Shown piece by piece: positions 1-22,612 of a DNA stretch of 64,000 nucleotides (its first letter is position 1; each line of letters starts with the position of its first letter). A model generated the notes under the pieces. It was not told the DNA's origin. It did no database searches and worked only from the letters and a program-made list of their open reading frames with translations. The DNA is from Lingula anatina (taxonomy: Eukaryota > Animalia > Brachiopoda). A program made the translations under genes and the position numbers. The stretch spans positions 5,766,001-5,830,000 of the forward strand of contig CM120649.1 of NCBI GenBank assembly GCA_051362555.1. The letters are read 5' to 3'.

Positions 1-8838
<8,838 letters not shown>

Positions 8839-11155
8839 TATGCATAAGAGTCTATTCACTTGTAGGTTGATTCAAGTGCCTTTACTTCTTCTTTCCTTTT
8901 TAGCTGTTCCTTCAATAATCATCAAGTCAAAAATGAAACCTACATCACAGACTTAATTTGTCCCAAAATTATGCTGCTTGATAGAGGTTGGGGAAAAATG
9001 CCTAAATTGTTTACTCCTCTTGAGTTAAAAATACTTTTTATAAACAGCAATGTATCTTCTTTTCTGTTGACATCAAAAAGTTATGTAATACCTAAAGTTT
9101 GCACAATGGCAAAAAAAACTCCATTTTTAAATTCTGACTTCCTGCATTCTTGAAATGATTGAACTGAGCGCCTTTTTGACAAAATATATTGTCTGCAAGC
9201 ATATTACTCCATTGACTTACAGGTATAATTTATCAATTATTTATCAAAACCTCATCAATTAAATATTAATTTAGTTAATATTTTGTGGTCCTGTACCATT
9301 CAGTCCTTTTCATTATTATGAGGCCTTCCTGGGGCTTTGTCTTTCTAACTGTACTGCCACTATAATGACCTGGAATTAAACACAAATAACACACATAAAA
9401 ACTATGTAAATTTGTTTTAAACATGCATTTAAGTAGAAAAAACCTTATGTATGCATGAATAGACATTTATCATATTATAGTTCATTTAAAATTTTTCCTA
9501 TCTCAAAAAATAGATTGATAGATTGATAGATTGATTGATAGATTGATTAGATTGATTAATCTGTAGAATATATCTATACTGAGTTTATATCTGTTCCGCA
9601 ACACTGGTGTTCTATATACTGTGTGTACCATGCTCTAATTGTATGTATGTACATGTGGATTTTTAAAAAAACTTCTGATCCTGAAAATAAAGAATAGCTG
9701 CAGTCAACTACTAGTACTGTTTCATTTTGGCAAAAGAGGTACTAGCTAGACAAAGCGAACCATTTCATACATGTACTAGTATATTCCTTGGCTTTACCCA
9801 GCATGTACATCATTAGCTACCTTACTCTAACTTCAAATGAAAATGATGAGTTTGTGGAAAACATTAATGAAGTACATATGTTTTATGTCTTAAACATCTG
9901 ACCACTGTATAAAAGTATACGAATGTGGAATTTCTTAACATTACCCCTGCAAACATTTTACAAACTGAAGATTTATTAAAACTGTTTAGTTATTCAAAAA
10001 AAAATTCTGATTCCATCCCAAGTTCCTATTCAGAATTTCACCAAATTTCAAATAATATTAATTCACTATTTCTAATCTCAGGAATTACAGAATATATGCC
10101 CTAACAAAAAACATTCCAGGAAATATAGCTGAAAATTCATTCCAATTAATAGTAAGAACCTGCTGTACTCATACTGGCTTAATTTGTATCATATTATACA
10201 ATATATCATATAACAAGCAGTAAGCAGTGGGCAATAAACATGGCTATCTACCAAGAAATATATCTAACATTATCATAAGTCCCTAACTATGCCAATACAA
10301 GACATTGTTTTATACTTAGATATTTATCATTACTAGTAAGCTGACAACAGACTGAAGAGATAGCAATGAAAAACTTAAGTACCTTTTATTTACACTCATA
10401 AATATTATCTGATACAGAATGGTGGCATTCCACATACTGATCAATCTTTGATCTAGCCTCCAATCCACAGTTACTCACAGCTAGCTATATTGTTACCTGC
10501 ATACAAAGACATAGTGGTGAAGTGCCCTAAATTATGTAAGAAAGTCCTCCATTTTGAGGGAGTGATTGAGCCACTTGCTTCTTGTAATACCAAAGAGTCC
10601 AACATTTCCAAGTACCTTAAATATTTGAGCTGCCTCCACCCACCTCCATTTTCAATACTGAAAAAAAAATCCTATCCCCCCCCCCCCCCCCCAATATTGG
10701 GGAGGGGGTGGAGCACAGTGGTTCATGAGTCTTCCTCACCCCACCCCCCATCCTGCAAGTATGCCTGCTAAGTCAATGCTCCTAAACTTCATAGCTATTT
10801 TAATCATTTTTTAAAACCATAAACCTATTCATTTTCAGGGGAGGGGGGCAACTAAAAAATCGCCCTTTCATATGAAATGCATCAACATGTATCACACTGA
10901 GAATTGGGTTAAATGCCACAAAAGAGCTGCCATATGATTCACCAATATTGAGTTCTGACAGTACCGGTACTGTTATTTAAATCAGTGTACACAAATTCTT
11001 CCAAGAAAAGGATCGCGTCATTTTACAAGTAGTTATACAGTCATCTACTAGTACTGCAGCTATATGCCATCTTACAAACAATCCTGACCATAGGCCTATT
11101 ATGATAACCAGTGTTGCCAAGTTTATGTGTCTCTCTCTTTCTCTCTCTCTCTCTC

Positions 11156-11202
<47 letters not shown>

Positions 11203-12072
11203 CAGGGATGCAAGACCCCCTTAAGCATATTATTCATTTCTTATCACAAACCACTGACAGCTTAATAACCCGTTAACTGTCACCCTGAGTTGTCACCGTA
11301 GTGACCATAACATTCCCATACCCAACACACTGCATACTAGTATGTCTCATATGTGTATGGAAAATGGCTTTTAACCCACATAAATGTACTTTCTATACAG
11401 ACTCTGTGCTATGCGAACAGTGGGGAGTTACCAGTGTACTATGAAACTCAGGGTACACAAATGCATGCTACAATTTGTACGTTTTTAAAATTAAACATTT
11501 AAACAAGGCAGCAAAGCTGTCAAATGTACAGACAAAAAACAGAAAATAAAGATGCAAAAAAGGTCATTTTGTCAATTTTGATGCAATAATAAATAATGCT
11601 TATAATAGCACTGTCAGTCAACACTGAATTTTAATCTTGCACAACAGGTAACATGGTCAATAACAGGAGCGGACCCAGAGATATTTTCTGACAGTATTAC
11701 AAAGTATCTATGTTGATCCATCCCTCATTTTGATGGTGTTCCAACAGAAAAAAATAGATACCAGTCAATATAAACTTAATAACCTGACTGTCTTCCGGAA
11801 GACCCAGAAGATGGTCTCAATCCACCCCTTCAATAAGATTACAGTTTCAGGACCATGAGAGTTCAAATTCACATTATGAAAGTCTCAATATTTGAAAAAT
11901 GATGACAGTGCATAAAATAATATTACATAATGTTTAAAGACATAAAAAACAATATAACTGCTTATGTAGAAATACAGAAAATGTGCAGAGCCCCAGGCAG
12001 ATGACAGCCTGCCTGGGGCTAAAAGTCACAAATGCAAGTGTTTGAGAAAAAATTATAAAGGAAAACAACAAA

Positions 12073-12306
12073 ACTAGAAAAGCACTTTGAGAGTGCAGAC
12101 CTCTGCCAAGGCAGCAATTGTTGATTATTATTGATAATTGATTGATTATTGATCCGGACCACCACCAAAAATTAATCATTGTCCTCTTTGGCCCACTTCC
12201 GACAGTTCCTGAAAATTTCTGCAAAATCAGTCCATAACTTTTTGTGTTATGTGGATGACAGACAAACAGGGGTGAAAATATAGCCTCCTTGGCAGAGCTT
12301 GAGGTA
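12073..12306 (-). mobile_element. Small HINE/MITE of a second family, nested in the large element
   Basis: ACTAG-AAAA-GCACTttgagAGTGC stem-loop, sub-IR CCTCTGCCAAGG ... CCTTGGCAGAG, and a GACAGACAAACA microsatellite remnant. Absent from the homologous site at 59648-59680 (gaaaacaacaaaa|atataat). Confidence 0.8.
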
Positions 12307-12353
12307 AATATAATTCCAATGAAGCTGCTATTCAAACTTTTAATCTTCCAGTT

Positions 12354-12355
<2 letters not shown>

Positions 12356-12411
<56 letters not shown>
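12356..12411. repeat. (TA)n microsatellite
   Basis: Pure TA run. Confidence 0.97.
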
Positions 12412-12414
<3 letters not shown>

Positions 12415-13503
12415 AAACTTATTTGTAATATTAAACAAAATTTACCTGCATAATTATCACTGCTTCCTTATTATTAATCTAGCAGAGAGCTTTACCTTTG
12501 GGAGTTTACAGGGAAATATCAACAAGTGTGCTTTACGTAATCTCATTTAATGGCCTATTAAAGCAAATGACTTTATAACTCTGAAATTAATCTAGTAATA
12601 CCCAAGGGTAATTTACAGACTGACCCACTCAAAGGTCTTCAGGCCCATAAGTCACACCTTAAGAAAAGCACAAAACCATAATGCCCAAAATAGGAGACTA
12701 CCAATCCTGATGCAATAATACATTATGTTTAACTGCACAGTCAACATCAACTTTTGCACAACAGGTAACACAGACGAAAGTAAAAGCATAAGGCTTCAGG
12801 CCCATCAGAGTTCAAGTTTATACTTAGAAAGTGCCAGAATGAGAAAAATGAAAATTTCACAAAAAATGCATAAATACAATAAACATGATAATCCAATAGA
12901 GCTGGTTTTCTCATGAGCTGAAGGCCAATCCTAAAAATCGTACTTGTAAGTTTAAAATTATAATAAGTAGCACAGTTTTCTTTTCATAATGTTTGCAGTA
13001 GCAGTGCAAAAAGATTGTCAATTTTGATGTAACATTACATAATAAATTAGAGAATAAGTATCACCAATTTTTGTTTATTGACTATAAATAGGATGGACAT
13101 GTAGAAAATATGATTACCATTTGGGTTCATGTCCATGGGAGCTCCGAGTCCCACAATGAATATGCCAAAAAAGATAATGAATATAACACTAAAATGTATA
13201 ACTTCCAGAAAAAGAAGCCAATTAGACTGCTTTTCTAACTCAGGCTGCATTTTAGTCCTGTGTTTCTTTTTTGAAAGTTTGACATTCATAAGTAACACGG
13301 TTTTTCCATAATGGTCAGCAAGGCAGCAGCACCAAAAATTGTGTTTTCTTCTATTTTGATGCAACATTACATAATGCTTAACAGCATAATGACCATCGAT
13401 TTTTAATAATAAAATATAAGTGTCATAGATTTTCACAAAATGTGACTAGCACGGGTCTTCAAGCCCGTGGAGGTTCTAAGTCGCACCTTGGAAATGCCAA
13501 TAT

Positions 13504-14180
13504 GTGAAAAATTAAATTTTCACAAAAAACTGTTTAATTGCCAGAAAAATTTACCAAACAGACTGCATTGCCTACTGAAGCTGTATTTTAGACCCATGTT
13601 TCTTTCCTGTAAGTTTGAGAACAGTAATTGACATGATTTTTGTTAAATGGTCATCATGGGAGCAGTGCCCAAAATAGGGGTTTCTTCAAATTTTGATGCA
13701 ACATTACATAATGTTTAACAGCATAATGACCATCAATTTTTAATTATAAAATCTTAGTATCATGGATATTCAGGAAATGTGACAAGCAAAGGTCTTCAGG
13801 ATCATGGAACTTCAAAGTCACACCTTGAAAATGCCAATATGTGAAAAATTAAATTTTCACAAAAAACTGTTTAATTGCCAGAAAAATTTACCAAACAGAC
13901 TACATTGCCTACTGGAGCTGTATTTTAGTCCCATGTTTCTTTCCTGTAAGTTTGAGAACAGTAAGTGACATGATTTTCCTTAAATGGTCATCATGGGAGC
14001 AGTGCCCAAAATAGGGGTTTCTTCAAATTTTCATGCAATATTACATAATGTTTTACAGCATAATGACCATCAATTTTTAATTATAAAATATTAGTATCAT
14101 GGTTATTCAGAATATGTGACTAGCAAAAGCCTTCAGGCCCATGGAACTTCAAAGTCACATATTGAAAATGCCAAAATGTA
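13504..14180. repeat. 337-bp tandem unit (two copies) inside the HINE
   Basis: gtgaaaaattaaattttcac at 13504 and 13841. The same unit recurs at about 34088, 57686, 58024, 60725, 61805 and 62142. Confidence 0.9.
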
Positions 14181-14739
14181 AACAATACAGCACTGTTCTG
14201 AAATGGGTTTATTTCCATTTTTAACACTTTTTTAACATAAAACAAAATAAACAGTTTACTGCCATTTTTATATCACCAATGAAGAAAATTGATGAGATGG
14301 GAAAAGTATCAATAGAACAGTTTTAAATGCCCAACTTCCTCCATTCTGAGATTCTGAACATAGTGGATGAATGCATCTGACAAACTGCAATGATATGAGT
14401 TTATTTCCATTTTTGACACTTTATTACACAATACATGATAACAAGTTTACCATCATTTTTACAAAATCAACTAACAATGTTGTAAAGATGCAGGAAATGC
14501 CAAACAAACACATTTATGTATCTTATTAGTTCAATAATGAGACTGTTAACATGCCTAAGAATTGAATGTGAGGAAATGTGAAAAAACAGCATTACCTTTT
14601 AAAATAATGGACTGATTATGCTGATTTTCAAACTCAACCTGCGTTTTAGTAAGATTGGCCCCTCCTGTGAGTATAATGACAATTGGCCAATCTGTTTTTC
14701 TTATATTGTGTTATCAGTGTTGCATATATACCGAAAAAA

Positions 14740-15690
14740 GTGAAAAAAAACAGCATAAATTCCCTATAAGTGACCCGATCGTGCTGATTTTCGAACTTGA
14801 CCTGCATATTATGAATATTTATCAGTTCTGTAAGTTTCAAGCCAAAGGGTAAAACAGCTCTTCATTTATTGTGTTATCAGTGTTGCAAAAATGCTGAAAA
14901 AAAGTGAAAAAATAGCCTAAATTCACTAAAAATGACCCAATCATGCTGATTTTCGAACTTGACCTGCGTATTATGAATATTCATCAGTTCTGTAGGTTTC
15001 AAGCCAAAAGGTGAAATGGTTTTCCACTTATGGTGTTATCGGTGCTGCATATATGCTGAAAAAAGAGAAAAAATAGCCTAAATTCACTAAAAATGACCCA
15101 ATCACGCTGATTTTCGAACTTGACCTGCGTATTATGTATATTCATCAGTTCTGTAAGTTTCAAGCCAAAAGGTAAAATGGTTTTCCACTTATCATGTTAT
15201 CGGTGCTGCATATATGCTGAAAAAAGTGAAAAAACAGCATAAATTCCCTATAAGTGACCCGATCATGCTGATTTTCGAACTTGACCTGCGTATTATGAAT
15301 ATTCATCAGTACTGTAAGTTTCAAGCCAAAAGGTAAAATGGTTTTCCACTTATCATGTTATCGGTGCTGCATATATGCTGAAAAAAGTGAATAAACAGCA
15401 TAAATTCCCTAAAAATGGCCCAATCATGCCGATTTTCGAACTTGACCTGCATATTATGAATATTCATCAGTTCTGTAAGTTTCAAGTCAAAAGGTACAAT
15501 GGTTTTCCACTTATCGTGTTATCGGTGCTGCATATATGTTGAAAAAAGTGAAAAAACAGCATAAATTCCCTAAGAGTGACCCGATCATGCTGATTTTCGA
15601 ACTTGACCTGCGTATTATGAATATTCATCAGTTCTGCAAGTTTCAAATCAAAAGGCAAAATGGTTTTCCACTTATCGTGTTATCGGTAAA
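14740..15690. repeat. 161-bp tandem array inside the HINE
   Basis: Unit aaacagcataaattccc...gaacttgacctgcgtattatgaatattcatcagttctgtaagtttcaag...gctgaaaaaagtg repeated about six times. The 161-bp period was measured in the 63065/63226/63387 copies. Confidence 0.92.
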
Positions 15691-16779
15691 AGTGCACGGC
15701 GACGGCGACGGCGACGACGGCGACGGCGGCGACGGCGACGACAGACGCAGATGATGGCTATATGTACAGACTGTACATCTGTGTCTGTACATAAAAAAAC
15801 TGAAGATTCCCTGATTCTGACACATTTTATTAACTTCTTGCCAAATTAAACTTTCTGTTAACTCCTACATCTATTAGACTATACAGACCTAGTAACACAT
15901 TTCTCCTCACTTTTCCCAATACTAGCTGCCTCAACAGTCTGTTAAAAAAAAAACTGTGAGATTAATTGATTTTTCAAGATAAAAATACTTGTGTACGTAT
16001 ATCCCCTCCACTCAAACAGTTCTTCCCCACATGATTCATTCACATCTACTTCAACAGCAGAGCCAGGAAGGAGAAGTAAAATGGAGGGGTAACATGTATA
16101 GCACCTGCAGTATGTGCAAGTCTCAGGTTCAGTCAACCGTGAATTTAACTACCTGTGCAGTGGTTCACTCACTATTTGTGTGTCGATCAGCACGAATTAC
16201 GTTCTTCGATCTCCAGGTGTACTCAGTATGTAGTTGAACTACGCAACTAAATTAATCCAGCCGCAGTGCCAGCTTATATAAATTAATTTTCGAGCCTTTA
16301 ATTATCTATGTGTGGATTTCAGAGGGGTTTGGGGTTAAAAAAAGGGTAGCATGGCCATTTTTGCCTTCCCCTCTTCAGCTCGTTATCGTGTATCCGCTCT
16401 GCCTACTTTACATCTGGACGTACGTTATCTCCGAATCGATCTACAATTATGCCTGACACCTATTAACTAAATGAGTTGTTATTCTATTACTTAGTACAGC
16501 TAGCGGGGTGCCATGTTCACTGCAAAATTATGTCTACGCCAGGGTCACCTGTTGATTGCTACTTATCGCTTAACAGTAATACATGTAGTAATGTGCAACG
16601 AAAATCTTAATGCTCCAAGGGACAAACTATAGTTATATACATACCGATTCTGTACAAGACCTGATTGAGAGGGAGAAACAGTATTTCCACTTGTTTTTCA
16701 CTCTCAAAGAGACTTCATCGCACTTAGACAAAAAGTTGACAACTTTTGATTAAAGATCTCAGCGTGAATGACAACACGG

Positions 16780-17100
16780 AAGTAATTATCGCGCATGCGG
16801 ATGTTTGTCTCGTGTTGCTATTTTTAGATCCAGCAAAGTGACTCAGCGTGAGACGTGACACGCTGTTGAATGGCTTGCGGTGCGGTGTGAATAAATCGAT
16901 TTGTGGATTGATGACTGTGGATCGAACTGTCACCTAGTTTACGTCACTGTGGTTGAAACAATCACAGATTTTGGTGTCGTGGTTATAACTTATATGACAA
17001 CTCTGTCAGGATTATAAGTCTCCCTCTTGTGTAAATCAACCCTTGAAATGTACAACAAGGATCAACATGCGACGTCAGTTGGCCACGCCCAATGATAGAG
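16780..17100. promoter_or_regulatory. Putative (possibly bidirectional) promoter between MYO16 and the plus-strand gene
   Basis: Locally CpG-rich. TGACTCAGC (16839-16847), TTACGTCA (about 16939), CGACGTCA (about 17071), and CCACGCCC overlapping CCAAT (17083-17093). Lies between two divergently oriented genes. Confidence 0.4.
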
Positions 17101-18108
17101 AGCTTTATATCATGAAATTAGAGGAAAACAGAACTGTCATTCATCGATTAATAATAATAATGTTAATAATAATATTAATAATAATAATTAATTATTATTA
17201 AATGTGGGGGATTGCTTTGCTTGTGTCTATAAACAATATACTGTATATAGGACCCATTCAAAATCGTTTTAACCTCGAAGAAGATTATACACAATTTTAT
17301 ACCTATCAGTCATTGTTTCACTCATTAAAATAGTGTAAATAAAGGTACATGTAGGAGCCCGTGAGGAATTTTGAGGTCAGAAGTTTTGAAACCAGCATGT
17401 TTATATTAATACCCGTATTATTTGCAACTTGCATTCAACACACTGTTCCCTGGCATTGTTAGCTCAATAGCCGAAAAATGCCATCAATATTATTTTCATG
17501 GTCCCTTTCAGCAACCCGTATGTGTCAGACACGAAAATGTGCTGCTGTGCAAGTCACGGTTTTATAGATGTGATACGTGCTGTTAGTATATTATTGGCCT
17601 ATATACACGTATTGTGCTGGTATGCGTGTTCCTCCCGCTAAAACAAGTGATAAAAAAGTAGAGAGAAATTGCTGGTAGCTAGGCTTACATTTACTGTATA
17701 TAGATAATGGGATAGGCCAGGACTAGGTAAAGAAAGGATAGGATAGGAGTCAGAATATAATTTAGAGATCAAAAGTTGTAAGAGTTTTGGAGTTTTGAGA
17801 GCCTAGCTTGCATGACAATAGCCTCCACCAGGATCGCACTTTAGTCCAGTGGCAGAGAATTGTTTCATGAATTAGCCAAAGACATACCGGTGTCTGTGAA
17901 ATTTCCAAAATCTGGCGAAAAATCAACCTGTGACCCCAGTAGAGGGCTGAATTAGGACGTCTCGAGATCGAGGCACTTGTGGATAAGGGCAGGTAAGCTT
18001 TTATATAAAAAATATAGCTTTTTTAAGATACAGTCGAACCATACTGATAAGTGACAATATATAGTTTTACATAAGAGATTTTACGCTTGACTGAATCGCG
18101 ACACTTTG

Positions 18109-18375
18109 CAGGGGCGGATCCATGAATATTTGAAGGGGGTCCGCGTATGGGCAGCTGACCTCCCCCCCCCCCCTTGACTTGGGGTTTGGGGCCCGCTGAA
18201 GGGTCCCGAACTTTTTTGTTTTTTTAGAGGACGAACGGTGACATTAAGTACGGTTTAGAACTATGATTCAGCTAGTCAAAATTCTAATTTGAAGAGGGGA
18301 CCTTTAGAGTCAGAAATCGAAGGGGGCGGGGGGGGGGGTGTCAAAAACCCCTGACACCCCCTAAATCCGCCACTG
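18109..18375. mobile_element. hAT-like MITE with 5-bp TSD
   Basis: TIRs CAGGGGCGGATC / AAATCCGCCACTG, flanked on both sides by CTTTG (18104-18108 and 18376-18380). Confidence 0.75.
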
Positions 18376-18650
18376 CTTTGCACTAAATCAGGTAATTCCC
18401 ATTTTTACTTTAAAAAAACTTTTAGCTGAAACCATGGGAATTTTGAGATGGTCCCCAGACAAGTGGGTTTACTTTCAAACTCATGTTATTTTCAACCAGA
18501 ATAAAACACAATTTCTCCTGTCTGCAGTTGCTCTCTCAGTACTGGTAGTTAAAATACATTAATTACAGTTTCATTGCCTTGAGAATCAGCCCGTATATTA
18601 ACGTACTGCAGTATGGTTTTATGTATGCGGCATGTGCTGCTGGCATCTTA

Positions 18651-18875
18651 GACCCCATTCCCATAGATTTTAGAACGATCTATCCCTGTGGGGAGTCTCA
18701 CTAGATTACTGTCAGCTTAGCCGGCTTAAGCGTCTGTCCCGCCTACTAAAAGCTGTAAGGGGGTAATTAACTATGGTGCTCGCTCGGCTGACTGCAATTT
18801 AGCATGAACCTCCAGGGAGTTAGGTCGATCTAAATCTTAATCTATGGATCGATCTAAATCTCTGGGAATGCACCC
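18651..18875. mobile_element. PIF/Harbinger-like MITE
   Basis: TIRs GACCCCATTCCCA / TGGGAATGCACCC with TTA on both sides. A reverse-complement copy lies at 55305-55520. Confidence 0.8.
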
Positions 18876-19429
18876 TTATGCATGAATATGGTGAGAGGAG
18901 TTTCTGGTAAACGTGTTACTGGGGACGGGGACGAAAAAATTGCTTGATTTTTCTTGTCGCTTGTTACTTTGTACTTCTTTATTTAAATTTTAGTAATCTA
19001 TATATCTACTTCTTTGTCTTTTTTTATTTTGAAGGGAACACAGGGAAAAGTGGGATCTACTGATCTCCCTCCGGATCAGTTATTATAGACATAGTCGTAT
19101 AAAATTCCGAAGACGCTAAGGTCTAACAATTATATGTAGTCTAATATGAAAAATACCATAGAATGACTCCAGGGATATAAAGTGAAGTTATGGAAGTAGA
19201 ATAAGACTGACTTAGTACCAAGATGTACATAAAATGTGTGTCATACAAGATAAAGATATAAAGTAGATGTATTACAAATGCATTTCAAATATTATACCTA
19301 TTTGTGTAGGAAATCATATAACATAAAGAGCCTGTAAAAGTAACCGATTCAAATAGGCATTTGCGTTCAATGCAACAGGCTTGTAGTGTGTATAAAGATC
19401 ACTTTTTACAGGCACGGGATTACTCAAAG

Positions 19430-20127
19430 ATGGACAGCTCCTACCACACTTCGGTTCTTGTCACCAGACACAAAGAGGAGGCCAAAATGGGCCCCAACTC
19501 GCCTCTCTACAAGAAGCCATGGCGGACACCCCTCACGAATCTGATAGCTTTTGTTGCTGGTCTTCTGGTGGGATTAGTGGTCGGAAAACTAGTATTTGTG
19601 AGTATTGGGCTTGGGTTGCTTAAAATATCACACACACGCACACACAATCACAGAGAGAGAGAAAGAGAGAGAGAGAGAGATTCTTTACTAATTAAACTTC
19701 AGACAATTAAAACTCAGATACAAATTACTTTTAAAAGAGTATTGAGACAGCACGTGTAAACAGATAGTCATCTGCCCAGCACGGTTTCACGTTTTATCAT
19801 TTTCGTACAATCATTTTAATTTATACGTTTTAGGACGCTATCTCTGTGCTAGATGTCAATGGTCTCGCCCCAGTTTTACACGGAAACAACTTCACTGGAT
19901 CCAATCCACCACCAAAAGCGCCCTCTAACGGCACCACGCCCAGGTTACAGAAAAATGGCGCCTTCGTCAAGAAACAACGTGTTGTGCAAAAAACAAAGTA
20001 CTATCAGTCGAGGAAACTGTTTCAGGATATTGTAATATTAAATATTGGCGAAAAGCAGGGAAAAAGTTATCAAAAATCATTTCAGTTTCATAATTCAGTT
20101 GTAATATATGTGAATAAATGGTATTAA
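19430..20127 (+). CDS. Putative small single-pass (type II) membrane protein of unknown family; may be truncated
   Basis: Acceptor at 19411, ATG at 19430, exon to 19597 (GTGAGT donor, phase 0) encoding MDSSYHTSV...KKPWRTPLTNLIAFVAGLLVGLVVGKLVF. Next exon from 19834 (tttag|GAC, phase 0) encodes DAISVLDVNGLAPVLHGNNFTGSNPPPKAPSNGTTPR with two N-glycosylation sequons. A candidate non-coding exon donor lies at 17993 (CAG|GTAAGC). Confidence 0.5.
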
Positions 20128-20933
20128 ATATCGATATCTTAACGGCTAGTTTGTTTTTTTTTCTGTCCCACTAATCATGTTAGTTATGGTATCTGAAATG
20201 AATGTCACTATTTATAACAATATTCACCTGTGTTGTGACCATTTATATATAAAAGCACATGATATTGAAGGTGGGACAACCTTTTTGACCAAAGTTGTAT
20301 ATTAAGATTTGATTCCACACGAGTCTATATGTAAATGTTACAAGCATTTTTTCGTCAACGTATCAATACTGTAAGCGTTTGACAAAAAACCTTTATTTAC
20401 TGCCATACATGCATTCCTTTGGATAACAGATAAATCTTCAGTGTTCAGTGACTAAATCAATTAACATTTACACACGTTCTTACGGGTTACGTCATAATTG
20501 CGATTTTACCTTTACCTGAGCACCCACAAACACCGTATTAACGGCATTTTATGACATCATGAAGTACTCTAAAAACCCTCCCAGCAATTTTTCTCTATAG
20601 CCTTAAGTTAGAATTTTATTGTTAACAGCGCAAATTAAAACAATGCCTTTGTTAAACCAAAATCTGCAGGAGTTCATAACCTTATAGGAAAACATTTAAA
20701 CTAAAGTGATGGCACAGGATTAAAGCAAATAGACTTGCGGTCAACTATGCCAATTTTCATGATAAAATCTTGTTCAGGGATGAAAGTACGTTTAATTGAG
20801 GGTTTACTGTGATCCAGAAGTACCTCGAATCCGATTATCAACCAAGGATGCCTTGAATCTGAGATTTAATCCGTGTGGAGGCGGGGAGACCATTAAGAAA
20901 TTAAGCGGCAATATTTAGTCAGTTGTTAGCCCT

Positions 20934-22530
20934 TTAATGAACAAAATTCACATTGACAAACTGCACCTCCAATACAGCGGCTAGCATTCTGTTTGTTCTA
21001 GTAGAGTTTTCGCGTGTCGGATCCCAGTCTCGTGAGAAATAGATTCTAAACCCCGCCTCCTTAAGCCCTTTTAGAAACGCCATCTGTTCCAAACTGGGGG
21101 GTTTGTTGCTAACGTGAATATGGAACTCCATTGCCATCTGTTTCACATTGCGAAGACTTTCTTCCTGCAGCATTACCGGCACAGCCGTGTATTCTGATAG
21201 CTCAATGTCGAACTTTAAAACGTCAATAATTCTCTGAAATTGCAAACAGGGGAAAAAGGTTAAGAATGTTTTCAAAAGTAGATATTTGGCGCTTACGAAG
21301 AGTATTTAAAACAAAAGCAAAGGGAGCATTCCGAAGCAGACATCGTACCAGCTGGATTGATCCAACTCTGCGGGGATTCTCGCTAAAGTGCAGTCAGTGT
21401 AATCAGCTACGAGTAAATTGTCTGACACGCCTCGAGAAGCTAAGGAAAGAGCACACGAAAGAAAATTACCCCTAGTTGTTAGAGGGGGCATGTCTAAGAC
21501 TGGATTCACATGTCTAGATCGATCCATCTGGATCGGTCTAACTTCATGGGGAGTCTCACTAAATTGCAATCAACTTAACCGGCTTAAATATCTGTCACGC
21601 CGACCAAATCAGCTAGGGTAAAGATAATTACCCCCTAGCAGCTTTACTAGGCATGACAGACATTTGAGCCGGTTAAGTTGATCGCAATTTAGTAAGACTC
21701 CCCAGTGAGAGAGATCGATCCAAATATCTGAGGGAATGGTCCCTAAATCTAAATGCTCCCAGATCCAATATCACAAGGGAACATTTTGTAAGAAGTAGTG
21801 CGCCATAAGATCGTTTACCTAATCAAATCATATAATAAAATACAATAAAATTTAGCAATGTATATCGCAGATCTTATAGTTAATGTAGTACAAACATTTT
21901 CATGTCCTAGGGTTTTAATAATAGTTCCCAGCGTATTCACCGGCCGTTTTCTTCCACGCATGTGTTTTAAACCGTTCCATCCCTCGAGGCCCAAGTTATG
22001 GAAGATGTTTCCGGGCATGCGGACGTGGTCTTCCAGTCCTATCCTGGAGATTTAACAGGTAAGGCGTAAAAAGGATTGTTCTTCTTGTTTTTTTTTCAAT
22101 TTTATCAATTGAATATGACAATCTGTTATATTTCTCTTGTTGGATATGGATTCTATTTTCAAATTTTTATCAAGAGCATCTAAAAGCATTGTTAATGGTT
22201 GACAGTTACGACTTCGGGTCAACAGTTAAATGTGGGCCTTCCATACTTGCAGTGTGGGGTATTTTGCAGTACTAAATAAAAAAAATAAAAAAAAAAACAT
22301 GAGCGACATTTTTTCTCTCCTTTCGAGTACTTTTTTAAATGACCCGTGTCTGTGTCCCAATCCCTATCAATCCGCTTTATATTCATTTATAAGGGTAACA
22401 TTCCCAAAAGGTGAGTTTCCTTGCCTGTAGGCCTACCATAATATGATGTATACGGCTGAAAGTGTAGTGCAGATTTTAAAATGGATTTCAAAGGCTTAAT
22501 AAAAGTAAAGAGGTTTTGTTGTTGTTGTTG

Positions 22531-22612
<82 letters not shown>

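Larger units (their letters stand above)
11503..15793 (-). mobile_element. Non-autonomous Helentron-like element (HINE), about 4.3 kb, with internal tandem arrays
   Basis: Left end ACAAGGCAGCAAAGCTGTCAAATGTACAGACA (short stem-loop plus sub-terminal IR). Right end has a (GACGGC)n microsatellite, then an ATGTACAGAC...GTCTGTACAT hairpin, then an A-run. No obvious TSD. The same ends occur at 33395, 57623 and 59109. The layout matches DINE-1/HINE architecture read on the minus strand. Confidence 0.85.

Noticed and set aside
14740-15690. Regularly spaced repeats suggesting a CRISPR array
   Set aside because: Whole 161-bp units repeat with no unique spacers, there are no cas genes, and the context is eukaryotic.
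13047-15825. Short ORFs inside the HINE copies (also 33894, 59261-63717)
   Set aside because: No Rep/helicase or transposase motifs, and frames are not conserved between copies.
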